The position numbers and the translations under genes were made by a program. From a bacterium BMS3Bbin05 (GTDB taxonomy: Bacteria; Nitrospirota; Thermodesulfovibrionia; Thermodesulfovibrionales; BMS3Bbin05): a stretch of 64,000 nucleotides of DNA. The DNA lies in NCBI GenBank assembly GCA_002897855.1, contig BDTO01000053.1, forward strand, positions 45,205 to 109,204, read 5' to 3'. The notes under the pieces are model-generated. The model saw nothing but the letters and a program-made list of their open reading frames with translations. It was not told the origin of the DNA and did no database searches. Numbering within the stretch: position 1 is the first letter of the stretch; each line of letters starts with the position of its first letter. Below are positions 34,244-42,742 of this stretch, piece after piece.

Positions 34244-35171
34244 TACCGGTTTCCTTTTTGTCTTTTAACCAGAAGGGCATGAATGTATACCACTGGTCGG
34301 GATATTTTCTTATATATTTTTCAAATATAGGGATGATATCACTGAGGTTCCTGCCAAGCGTCTCGGCCCTGTTAGAGTATACTTTTATACTAATCGGTTT
34401 TTCAATATAAATATTGTAGATATTATAACCCTCCATTATCACAAAGGCCGGGAGTATAACGGCGTCAGCAGCGGATGCAAGCATTATCGGGCCCTTGGGA
34501 AACCGAGCCTTGTGTCCGAACATTTCCATCTCAATGCCCCTGTCGTACTGCAGCCTGTCTCCCTGTATGGCGACCGCACCCCCTTCCTGAAGAATACGGA
34601 GAAGCTTGATGGAACTGAATCTGCCCGCCCCGAGTTCAACGTGTCTGATATTGCAAATACTCCTGAACCGGTTTCTCTGGCTTTCTATTATGTCCTGACT
34701 GTCCGGAAAGTAAACGATCGTAGGTGTAATGCCTGTCTTTGCGAGCTTAATGCCCCCTATCTCCCAGTTTCCCATATGGAGTGTAAGCAGTATAATGCCG
34801 TGTCCGGAGCCAATAGCTTCGTTCATGTTTTCCTCGCCGACGGTATTGATCCTGAATGATTTTATCCTGTCCTTTCCATGACTCAAATAGAAAAGGTCAA
34901 TAAGATACCAGGCGTATTTCAGAAACGTCCGGAACGCCAGGAACGAGGTGTAAAAACTGCCTTTGTCCGGGAATATTATCCTCATATTTACACGAACCGA
35001 CCTGTAATTCGCCACATTGAAACAGATGAAAATAAGAGAAAAGAAAATGGCGGTAAATCTCATGAACCACCTTGGAAGTATTTTTGATGCATATTTGAAT
35101 GCAAGAATGAGTGATTTGAAGAAGAAGTTACGCTGGTGTTTTCTGAAAACACTTTTTGCCTCTGCATGCAT
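34233..35171 (-). CDS. LpxL/HtrB-family lysophospholipid (lipid A-type) acyltransferase
   Basis: 312 aa with an N-terminal TM and LTLHMGNWEIGG (the HxxxxE acyltransferase motif of this family). It overlaps the next gene by 11 nt. Confidence 0.8.
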   Translation of the reverse strand: MHAEAKSVFRKHQRNFFFKSLILAFKYASKILPRWFMRFTAIFFSLIFICFNVANYRSVRVNMRIIFPDKGSFYTSFLAFRTFLKYAWYLIDLFYLSHGKDRIKSFRINTVGEENMNEAIGSGHGIILLTLHMGNWEIGGIKLAKTGITPTIVYFPDSQDIIESQRNRFRSICNIRHVELGAGRFSSIKLLRILQEGGAVAIQGDRLQYDRGIEMEMFGHKARFPKGPIMLASAADAVILPAFVIMEGYNIYNIYIEKPISIKVYSNRAETLGRNLSDIIPIFEKYIRKYPDQWYTFMPFWLKDKKETGNET

Positions 35172-35513
35172 TGCCGGTTATTATAACAGTTTGTATCAAA
35201 CTCTTTGCATAAAGACCTGGAGTTTCTATATACCCAAACTGAGTTCTCAGGCTCAATACCCGGTAAACAACTCAAAAGGCATAAAGGGAGGGGGATGAAG
35301 CCTTCGTGTAAAAACAAACCTTATTGTGCTTTTCTTCATATCCGCTTTAATCCTGCTTCAGAACCCGGGTTATTGCACTTTTCCTTTTTTTTGTAAATAT
35401 CCATGAAGGACATATGGACAACCGATACTTCATTTTGGTATCTTAAAGACATGGAACATCGCAATCTGTTTGATGTCCACTCTTCCGACACTGTACAAAA
35501 GGAGGTCTCCCCT

Positions 35514-35732
35514 GTGGAAAAAGTGAAAAATCTCGAGGATAAAATAGCATCGGCCATCGAAAAGGTTAAAATGCTCAAGGATGAAAACAGCAGGTTGAAG
35601 CAGCGGCTGCAGGAACTCGAAGATATTGTAAACCGGAAGGACGAAGAAATATCACACCTTTCAACCGACAAGGATTCCATACGCGGCCAGGTAGAGGAAT
35701 TGCTGGGAGAACTTGAATCATTGGAGATTTAG
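35514..35732 (+). CDS. ZapB-like coiled-coil protein
   Basis: The track ORF starts at 35403. I prefer GTG 35514 (AAGGAGG 8 nt upstream). VEKVKNLEDKIASAIEKVKMLKDENSRLKQRLQELE is coiled coil, directly upstream of zapA. Confidence 0.55.
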   Translation: MEKVKNLEDKIASAIEKVKMLKDENSRLKQRLQELEDIVNRKDEEISHLSTDKDSIRGQVEELLGELESLEI

Positions 35733-35734
35733 GT

Positions 35735-35998
35735 ATGGGAAGCATTGAGGTAGTCATACTCGGGCAGAGGTATACCATCAAGGGTGACGCCGAAGAAGAT
35801 TATATCCGGGAGCTTGCCGGTTATGTCGACTCTAAAATGAAAGAGGTCCTCCATGCCGCACCGAATACCTCTCCATTGAAGGCATCGATCCTTGCGGCTC
35901 TGAATATTGCAGATGAACTCCACAGCACGGAGAAGACCCAGGCGGATCTGAAAGGGCTCGAAGAAAAGGCAAATGCCCTCAGCAGTCTTTTTGACTGA
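35735..35998 (+). CDS. zapA: cell division protein ZapA
   Basis: 87 aa. VEVVILGQRYTIKGDAEEDYIRELAGYVDSKMKEV...ILAALNIADEL is the typical ZapA pattern. Confidence 0.8.
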   Translation: MGSIEVVILGQRYTIKGDAEEDYIRELAGYVDSKMKEVLHAAPNTSPLKASILAALNIADELHSTEKTQADLKGLEEKANALSSLFD

Positions 35999-37163
35999 TA
36001 TTCTTCGATATTAATTCCTTATAAAGCGTGGCATTGTCTATCGCCGTCCCGCACACCTCGGCAAGCGACGTGGTAAATCTTATCTCTTCATCTGTAAAGT
36101 GTCTGGGTTTATCGGTAAGGAGCCTCATTATCCCTATTAGATTCCCGCGCGCAATAATTGGAAGCGTCAGCATGCTTTTGATACCTTCGCGGACGGCTTC
36201 CTTACGGTAATTTACCCTGTCATCGTTTGCTACATCATGAATGGCAACGGGTTTGAGCTGTAAGGCTTCCTTCACATTCGCCTCGGAATCTACAGGGCCG
36301 CGACCAAGGTATTCTTCCGACAAACCATGGGCAGCCACAAGCTTAAGTTTTTTACCGGTCTCATCAAGCAGCCTGATTGTTGCGGCCTTCAGACCCATAA
36401 CATCCGGAAGTTTTGTGACTATAAGGTCAAGCACTTCTTCGAGGTTCAGTGTGGAACTGACAGCCCTTGTTACCTCCTGAAATACCCTGAGATACTCCTT
36501 CTCTCTTGATACGGTTCTCTCAAACAGCCTCGCATTGTTGATCGCAATGGCCGCCTGCTCTGCGATGGCCGTAATGAACTTCAGGTCATCACCGGTATAT
36601 TTTACCGGCTCTATCGTATACATCCTGAGAACCCCTATCACTTCATCGTGAATCCTTAACGGGACCGACAGGATACTCCGGATCCCTTCCCTGACCGCCT
36701 CTTCCCTGTAAGGCGCCCCCGGATCCGACTGGATATCATATATGGAAACCGCCTTGCCGGAAAGCGCATCATCAACGCTTGCATCGGAATCGACCGGGCC
36801 CTTGTTTACATATTCTTCGCTCAGGCCGTGGTATGCCGCCACTTCCAGCTTGTTTGTTAATTTGTTCAGGAGCCGAACCATACTCGCCTTGACATTCATG
36901 ACATTGACGGCATTCGTAACTATAAGGTCGAGTACCTCCTCGAGTGAAAGGCTCGGGCTTATCGCCTTGCATATATTCTGGTAACTTTCGAGATATATCC
37001 TCTTTTCGAATATCTTTTCAGCGCAGTCGGGACACATGCTGTGCGTAAAAACCCCAAACCCTATATCTGTGAGATACTGGTCGATCCCCTCCCACCGGTC
37101 TTCTTCCAGCCTTATCTTTTTACACCATGAACAAATGGGTATAAGGTCTTTTTCTCCAGCCAT
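35979..37163 (-). CDS. N-terminal Cys4 module fused to two tandem GAF domains
   Basis: 394 aa. ICSWCKKIRLEEDRWEGIDQYL...THSMCPDCAEK is followed by two colinear GAF-like repeats (LSLEEVLDLIVTNAV... and LNLEEVLDLIVTKLP...). No output domain is present. Confidence 0.8.
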   Translation of the reverse strand: MAGEKDLIPICSWCKKIRLEEDRWEGIDQYLTDIGFGVFTHSMCPDCAEKIFEKRIYLESYQNICKAISPSLSLEEVLDLIVTNAVNVMNVKASMVRLLNKLTNKLEVAAYHGLSEEYVNKGPVDSDASVDDALSGKAVSIYDIQSDPGAPYREEAVREGIRSILSVPLRIHDEVIGVLRMYTIEPVKYTGDDLKFITAIAEQAAIAINNARLFERTVSREKEYLRVFQEVTRAVSSTLNLEEVLDLIVTKLPDVMGLKAATIRLLDETGKKLKLVAAHGLSEEYLGRGPVDSEANVKEALQLKPVAIHDVANDDRVNYRKEAVREGIKSMLTLPIIARGNLIGIMRLLTDKPRHFTDEEIRFTTSLAEVCGTAIDNATLYKELISKNISQKDC

Positions 37164-37418
37164 ACGTCACCTCGTTTTTCTTTTCTCTCCATGACACGGA
37201 CCCTATAATAATTCCCCGGGGAAGGGTCAATAAACAATTTTATTATATATCATTGTAAATCCTGATACATCCTGCATGATAAAGGCATAAAAAATCGTTA
37301 TATGCCCTCCCGAGTTGAGCGTGATCATATTTTTTGTAATGCTTTCTATACTACCCGGGGCTAACAGTTCTTTAGACCGCCCCCAAGATTGTCATTCCCG
37401 CGAACAGTATGTGTACTG

Positions 37419-39959
37419 CTACTTCCTATCCAGTACCTCACGGATCTTGAGTGCCAGGCGCCTGGGAGTCAGGGGCTTCTGAATAAAAGTCTCTCCCCGC
37501 TTCAGCACGCCGTGATAAGTGATGACATCGTCAGGGTATCCCGACATAAAAATCACATCTATTTCCGGCCGCTTTATCTTCAGCGCATCAGCCAGTTCAT
37601 GGCCATTCATCCCCGGCATGATCACATCGGTCAGTAAGAGATCGATCTTCCCCTCAAAGGTATCGCCGGTCTGTAATGCCTCCCCACCGCAGGAGGCCTC
37701 CAGAAGCCGGTACCCCAATGGCTGAAGTGTATCCGCAATCAGCTTGCGGATAGTGGGTTCATCATCCACCACCAGCACTGTCTCGGTTCCTCGTACTACC
37801 ACCGGGCACTCCTTTTCACCTGCTTCCTCCACCTCACCCCCGGCAACCGGCAGGTAAATCTTAAACATTGTCCCCTTACCGGGCTCACTGTAAACCCATA
37901 TATATCCATTATGCTGCTTGACGATACCATAGACAGTTGCCAGCCCCAAACCGGTACCTTTTCCCAGCCCCTTTGTTGTGAAGAACGGCTCAAAGATTCT
38001 CTCCTGTACTTCCCTGCTCATGCCCTCTCCTGTATCGGTTAGCGACAGCATCACGTAAGAGCCGGGCCTTGCCCCTTCGTGACTCTTTGCATATTCCTCA
38101 TCCAGATCGGCATCTGCTGTCTCTATTATCAGGCTGCCGCCGCAGGGCATGGCATCCCGGGCATTTACCACCAGGTTCATCAAGATCTGATCAATCTGGC
38201 CGGGGTCGGCAATCACATTTCTGACCGGAGATTTGATATGCAGTTCCAGCAGCACATCCTCGCCGACAACAACGGAGAGCATCCTGTCCATATTCCGGAC
38301 AATAGTGTTAAGGTTAACTGCCTTTAGTTCAAGCACCTGCTTGCGGCTGAAGGCAAGAAGCTGCCGTGTAAGCGCTGTCGCTTTCTCACCAGCTTCACTG
38401 ATGATCTTGATCTTCTCCCTTACGGGATGATTATGCGGCAGTTCCTCCATGGCCATTTCGCTATAGCCGATAATAGCGGACAGCAAGTTATTGAAATCAT
38501 GGGAAATGCCGCCTGCCAGCCGCCCGACGGACTCCATCTTCCGGGATTGAAGGAGCTGGTGCTGGAGTCTTCGCTTCTCCTCTTCGGCCTGATTGCGCCC
38601 AGTGATGTCTCTTGAGATGGCCAATAAATGTTTTTTGCCCTTAAAATCAAATACGGTCCCTCTAATCTCAACATCAATCGGGCTGCCATCCTTATGAATA
38701 TTGATTGATTCAGCATAAAATTCACCACTGGTCTGAAGATCTTCCTTGAATTGTTCAAAAATGTGCTGATAATCAGGGTGGATTAATTTCCCGGCATGAA
38801 GGCCTATCAACTCTTCATGAGAATAACCATACATTTTGGATGCTTGAGGATTGGCTTCTACAATCTTACCCCTGAGATTCATTATCAAAAATGCATCACT
38901 GGCAGAATTAAAGATGCCGCGATATTGTGTCTCGCTTTTTCTCAGGGCATCTTCCGCCTGCTCGCGCTCGGTCAGCTCCTTCTGCAGGGCGCCTGTAAGA
39001 GGACGCAGGAGCAACACTATGCCAAACGTACCGAATAATATCAGGGCAATAATGATACTGGATATCAGGATAATCTGACGGTTAACGGGAGAATAAAGTT
39101 CCTCTGCATCCATCTTGACGGCGATACCCCATTGAGCGCCCTTGACAGGACAATAAGCCGTGATCACCGAATTGCCATCCTTATTTTTTGATATTGTAAT
39201 CGCGGTCTTCTTTTGGAACGATTTTTCTATCGCAAATCCGAGACAGGAGTCTCGTGGAATGGTTTTGACAGCACCACTCCCGCTCTTTCTTAATGGAAAA
39301 AACAGTTCTATCCTCTTCCCCCGGGGAACACCTATGATGGTTTCCCCCGTTTTCCCCAGCCCGGGGTAGTCTTCCACAATATGCCGCAACCGGTCGATAC
39401 TGAACACGATGATGTCGGTTCCCGCCTGGACGTTTTTTTCACCAATAATATGAACTCCCACCAGAAGATAAGATTTTTTTCCAGTAGAAACCGGCCCATG
39501 GATAACCACATCTCTGCTGTTAACAGGGGGGATCGGCCACAGATCCCTTCCCGGCAACGGCAGGCCGACTTCAACCAGAAGTTTATCCGTCGGACCAAGA
39601 CGGGTGATTCCCACCACCTCGTCGGATAATTTCATGGCATCAGACAGTTTGCCCCGGGTGTATTTCACCAGTTCCTTCAGACTAACCTCACCCCTGTTGT
39701 ATGCCTCCAACTTTTTTCTAATCTGGGTTCGGCTTGTTATCTGCAGGGCTATATCTTTTGCTCGGGACAGGTACTCATCAACTGCCATCGCTTCGATTTG
39801 CACTGCATAACTCAAGTTGTTTTGCAGGCCCTCTTTGAGGCGGGCGTATAGTGGAAGAATGCTTACCAGAGAAACGATCAATCCAATGGCAAGAATAGCC
39901 AGCGCCGAATAAATAATAATAGATTGTCTTACCCGCTTCTGAACACTTTTTTCAACCAT
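37419..39959 (-). CDS. hybrid sensor histidine kinase (TM - extracytoplasmic sensor - TM - PAS - HisKA - HATPase - REC)
   Basis: 846 aa. H-box GGISHDFNNLL, G-box DTGEGM...GKGTGLGLATVYGIV, receiver VLVVDDEP...DLLLTDVIMPGMNG. Confidence 0.9.
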   Translation of the reverse strand: MVEKSVQKRVRQSIIIYSALAILAIGLIVSLVSILPLYARLKEGLQNNLSYAVQIEAMAVDEYLSRAKDIALQITSRTQIRKKLEAYNRGEVSLKELVKYTRGKLSDAMKLSDEVVGITRLGPTDKLLVEVGLPLPGRDLWPIPPVNSRDVVIHGPVSTGKKSYLLVGVHIIGEKNVQAGTDIIVFSIDRLRHIVEDYPGLGKTGETIIGVPRGKRIELFFPLRKSGSGAVKTIPRDSCLGFAIEKSFQKKTAITISKNKDGNSVITAYCPVKGAQWGIAVKMDAEELYSPVNRQIILISSIIIALILFGTFGIVLLLRPLTGALQKELTEREQAEDALRKSETQYRGIFNSASDAFLIMNLRGKIVEANPQASKMYGYSHEELIGLHAGKLIHPDYQHIFEQFKEDLQTSGEFYAESINIHKDGSPIDVEIRGTVFDFKGKKHLLAISRDITGRNQAEEEKRRLQHQLLQSRKMESVGRLAGGISHDFNNLLSAIIGYSEMAMEELPHNHPVREKIKIISEAGEKATALTRQLLAFSRKQVLELKAVNLNTIVRNMDRMLSVVVGEDVLLELHIKSPVRNVIADPGQIDQILMNLVVNARDAMPCGGSLIIETADADLDEEYAKSHEGARPGSYVMLSLTDTGEGMSREVQERIFEPFFTTKGLGKGTGLGLATVYGIVKQHNGYIWVYSEPGKGTMFKIYLPVAGGEVEEAGEKECPVVVRGTETVLVVDDEPTIRKLIADTLQPLGYRLLEASCGGEALQTGDTFEGKIDLLLTDVIMPGMNGHELADALKIKRPEIDVIFMSGYPDDVITYHGVLKRGETFIQKPLTPRRLALKIREVLDRK

Positions 39960-40333
39960 TATTCAATCCATGTTCCAATTATAGAAAATTTTTCCCTTTA
40001 TGAAAAACAGGTGCCTGTCCCGCTGATATACCATACCTTTTTTTTATGAATTAATGTAGTCTCATCGATGTCCGAAATACTCAAAATCAATAAATGCGGA
40101 ATACCGAAAAAACAGAATTATGACACGCTCTAAAACCTTTCCAGCCCCTTCCCGGCAATAAGATCATATTTTTGAGGCTATTTTCGACCTGTATTTTAAT
40201 TTTATCATTCAGCCTTTAAACATGCAATAATAATTATGTGTTCGATAACTTATTGCATAAAGAAAATAAAACCGTTAAAATTAAAAGTAGAGAGGTGCAG
40301 ATCACAAAAATCCCAAAATCAGCGGAGGAAATC

Positions 40334-40777
40334 ATGGACAAAATTATTATTGTCGCTGATTCAGGCTATTTCAGGGCTTACAGAATTTTTAAAAACCCTA
40401 TGGAAAGCGCCAGGATAGAAATTATTAAGGAGTTCGATAACCCTGAAGCGCATGGCAAATTAGGGGAAATACTGAGTGACAGTGCCGGGAAATTCGGCCT
40501 CGGCGGCGGGAAAACCGGAGTCAAGGGATATGGAGAACCGCACAACCTTGAACTGGAAAATAAAAAAAGGGCGATAAAGGTCCTTGCAAAAAATATCAAT
40601 AAGTTAATAGCCGGAAGCGCGTGCAAAAAGTGGTACATGGCTGCCGGCAAAAAGATTAACAGACAGATCCTTGAATACCTGGACCCTGCGGTAAAAGCAA
40701 AATTATCCAGGAATATTCCTTCAGACCTCACAAATGCCGGGAAATCGGAAATACTCGCGCGCTTTGAAGAAGCATAA
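40334..40777 (+). CDS. host-attachment-family (Host_attach-like) protein
   Basis: Start re-set to ATG 40334 (GGAGGA upstream). MDKIIIVADSGYFRAYRIF...DSAGKFG...WYMAAGKKINRQILEYL...DLTNAGKSEIL matches my memory of that ~145-aa family. Confidence 0.5.
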   Translation: MDKIIIVADSGYFRAYRIFKNPMESARIEIIKEFDNPEAHGKLGEILSDSAGKFGLGGGKTGVKGYGEPHNLELENKKRAIKVLAKNINKLIAGSACKKWYMAAGKKINRQILEYLDPAVKAKLSRNIPSDLTNAGKSEILARFEEA

Positions 40778-40794
40778 ATTTATCGACACAAGTT

Positions 40795-41133
40795 ATGAAA
40801 ATAGATTACTACTCCTTCGGAAAAATCGTAATTAACGGAAAGACATATTCCAGGGACGTCATCATCTTTCCGGACAGGGTCTTCTCTCCATGGTGGCGGA
40901 AGGAAGGGCATCTGCTCAGGATGGAAGATCTCGTCGATGCTGTAAAAGAAAAACCCGGTGTCCTTGTCATCGGCCAGGGTTTTTCGGGGCTGATGTCTGT
41001 CCCCCGGGAACTTGTTGATGAACTAAGGTCGATGGGAATGGAAGTTTTAACCTCGGGAACCACGGAAGCGGTCAATACATTTAACAAACTTGCGGGGAAG
41101 AGTGTAATCGCCGCCCTTCATTTAACCTGCTGA
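40795..41133 (+). CDS. Mth938-domain protein (DUF498; NDUFAF3-related fold)
   Basis: 112 aa. FGKIVINGKTYSRDVIIFPD...VLVIGQGFSG...VIAALHLTC parallels MTH938 FGSVTYRGREYRSDIVV...AAIIHVTC. Confidence 0.8.
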   Translation: MKIDYYSFGKIVINGKTYSRDVIIFPDRVFSPWWRKEGHLLRMEDLVDAVKEKPGVLVIGQGFSGLMSVPRELVDELRSMGMEVLTSGTTEAVNTFNKLAGKSVIAALHLTC

Positions 41134-41297
41134 GCAAAAAAAAGGCCGCAGATATTCAGAGATTCAAGTGATTACCCACCCCTCACGGTATCCGTATTTA
41201 TCCGTGGCCAGATAATTTTTTCGATCTTTTTATTTCTTTTCGGCTAAGGCAGGCAATCCCCTTTTTCTCCTGCGCACCGTGCATCTCTATTCCTCTC

Positions 41298-42731
41298 TTA
41301 CAAGGCCGCTGAGGCGGCTCCGGCAAAATCAATGAACCTGGCCGGCAGGATGCCCATGGCAATAACCATTGCAACGGTTATTATAAGTGCGAGTCCGATA
41401 GCAGGTGATACAGACAGGACAGGGGTCTCTTTTGATTCCTTCATATACATATACATAACGACCCTGAGGTAGAAGTATGCAGATATTGCACTGAATGCGA
41501 CGGCAACTACCGCCAGCCATGCATAGCCTGCATTGACTATCGACATCAAAAGATAGAACTTCCCCATAAAGCCGCCCGTTGGCGGTATCCCCGTAAGTGA
41601 AAACATGAATACAAGCATTAATGCAGAAGCAACGGGGTGTGTCTTTGCAAGCCCCTCATAATCGCTCAGGTTATCCCCCTCGAGTCCTTCCGACTTCAGC
41701 ATTATCACTACGGCAAATGCGCCTATATTCATAAATGCGTAAATCAGCATGTAATTCATCGTAGCAGCCATACCTTCCTGTGTGCCGGCTATAATGCCGA
41801 GGATGGCATAGCCTGCATGTGCTATTGACGAGTACGCGAGCATCCTCTTTATATTGGTCTGGGATATTGCTATGATATTTCCAACCGCCATTGTAAGGAT
41901 AGCCACGGGTATTAATATTGTGGTCCATTCTATCCTGACCGATGCCAGTCCTATGAGAAATACACGGCCCATCACCGCAAAGCCAGCCGCCTTCGGTCCG
42001 ACCGACATGAAGGCGGTAATCGAAGTAGGGGCCCCTTCATAAACATCGGGTGCCCACATATGAAACGGTGCCGCTGCCACCTTGTACCCGAATGCAACTA
42101 CAAAAAGCGCCACAGATAAAAGCAGAACGGGGGACGATTTTATGCCACCGCCGGCCAGCAGGCCGGCCAGATGCCTTATGTCTGTCGTCCCTGTAAGACC
42201 ATAGATCATCGATATACCGTAGAGAAGTATTGCGGATGAAAATCCGCCTAAAAGAAAGTATTTGACTGCAGCCTCATTGGACTTCTTTTTGTGTCTGAGA
42301 AAGCCGGCGAGTATATATGTGCTGAGCGCCATCAACTCGAGGCCGAGATAAAGAACTATAAGATCGCCTGCCGACGCCATGATCATCATGCCGGCGGTTG
42401 CAAACATGAGCAGGCCGAAATATTCGCCCCGAAGGGCTCTTTCAATCTTAAGGTATTTGAGTGATATCAGAACTGTAAGGTAAAAATTCAAATAAAAGAT
42501 AATCTTGAAAAAAGCGCTATACCCGTCGGAAATGAACATCCCCCCGAAGGTCTCTTGTCCCACAACCCCCTTAACGTAGAACATGGAACACATTGACAAA
42601 CCAACGCCGATTAAGGCTATGAAACCGATTGTCTCTTTCCTCTTGATAAAAAGTTCAAGCATCAGGACCAGGAGCGCTGCCGCAATCAGGATTATTTCCG
42701 GCAAAACAGGATTTATGTCGGGATACTGCAT
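41298..42731 (-). CDS. nuoN: NADH-quinone oxidoreductase subunit N
   Basis: 477-aa antiporter-like polytopic protein, last gene of a colinear nuoA-N operon. Confidence 0.9.
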   Translation of the reverse strand: MQYPDINPVLPEIILIAAALLVLMLELFIKRKETIGFIALIGVGLSMCSMFYVKGVVGQETFGGMFISDGYSAFFKIIFYLNFYLTVLISLKYLKIERALRGEYFGLLMFATAGMMIMASAGDLIVLYLGLELMALSTYILAGFLRHKKKSNEAAVKYFLLGGFSSAILLYGISMIYGLTGTTDIRHLAGLLAGGGIKSSPVLLLSVALFVVAFGYKVAAAPFHMWAPDVYEGAPTSITAFMSVGPKAAGFAVMGRVFLIGLASVRIEWTTILIPVAILTMAVGNIIAISQTNIKRMLAYSSIAHAGYAILGIIAGTQEGMAATMNYMLIYAFMNIGAFAVVIMLKSEGLEGDNLSDYEGLAKTHPVASALMLVFMFSLTGIPPTGGFMGKFYLLMSIVNAGYAWLAVVAVAFSAISAYFYLRVVMYMYMKESKETPVLSVSPAIGLALIITVAMVIAMGILPARFIDFAGAASAAL

Positions 42732-42742
42732 TTTTCCTCCAC

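Noticed and set aside
33263-34268. Long plus-strand ORFs (165 aa and 278 aa) in the ORF track
   Set aside because: They are entirely antisense to the well-supported B12-radical-SAM gene 32951-34243. They have no RBS and a low-complexity, Ser/Ile-rich composition with no recognisable motifs.
35979-35998. 20-nt overlap of the convergent zapA and GAF-protein 3' ends
   Set aside because: Both stops are unambiguous. Short convergent overlaps occur elsewhere in this window (for example 30871-30907), so it is not evidence of anything special.
37391-37404. GTCATTCCCGCGAA, reminiscent of the GTCATTCCGGC hairpin arm in the MITE
   Set aside because: It is a single short match with no inverted partner, no terminal repeats and no flanking duplication.
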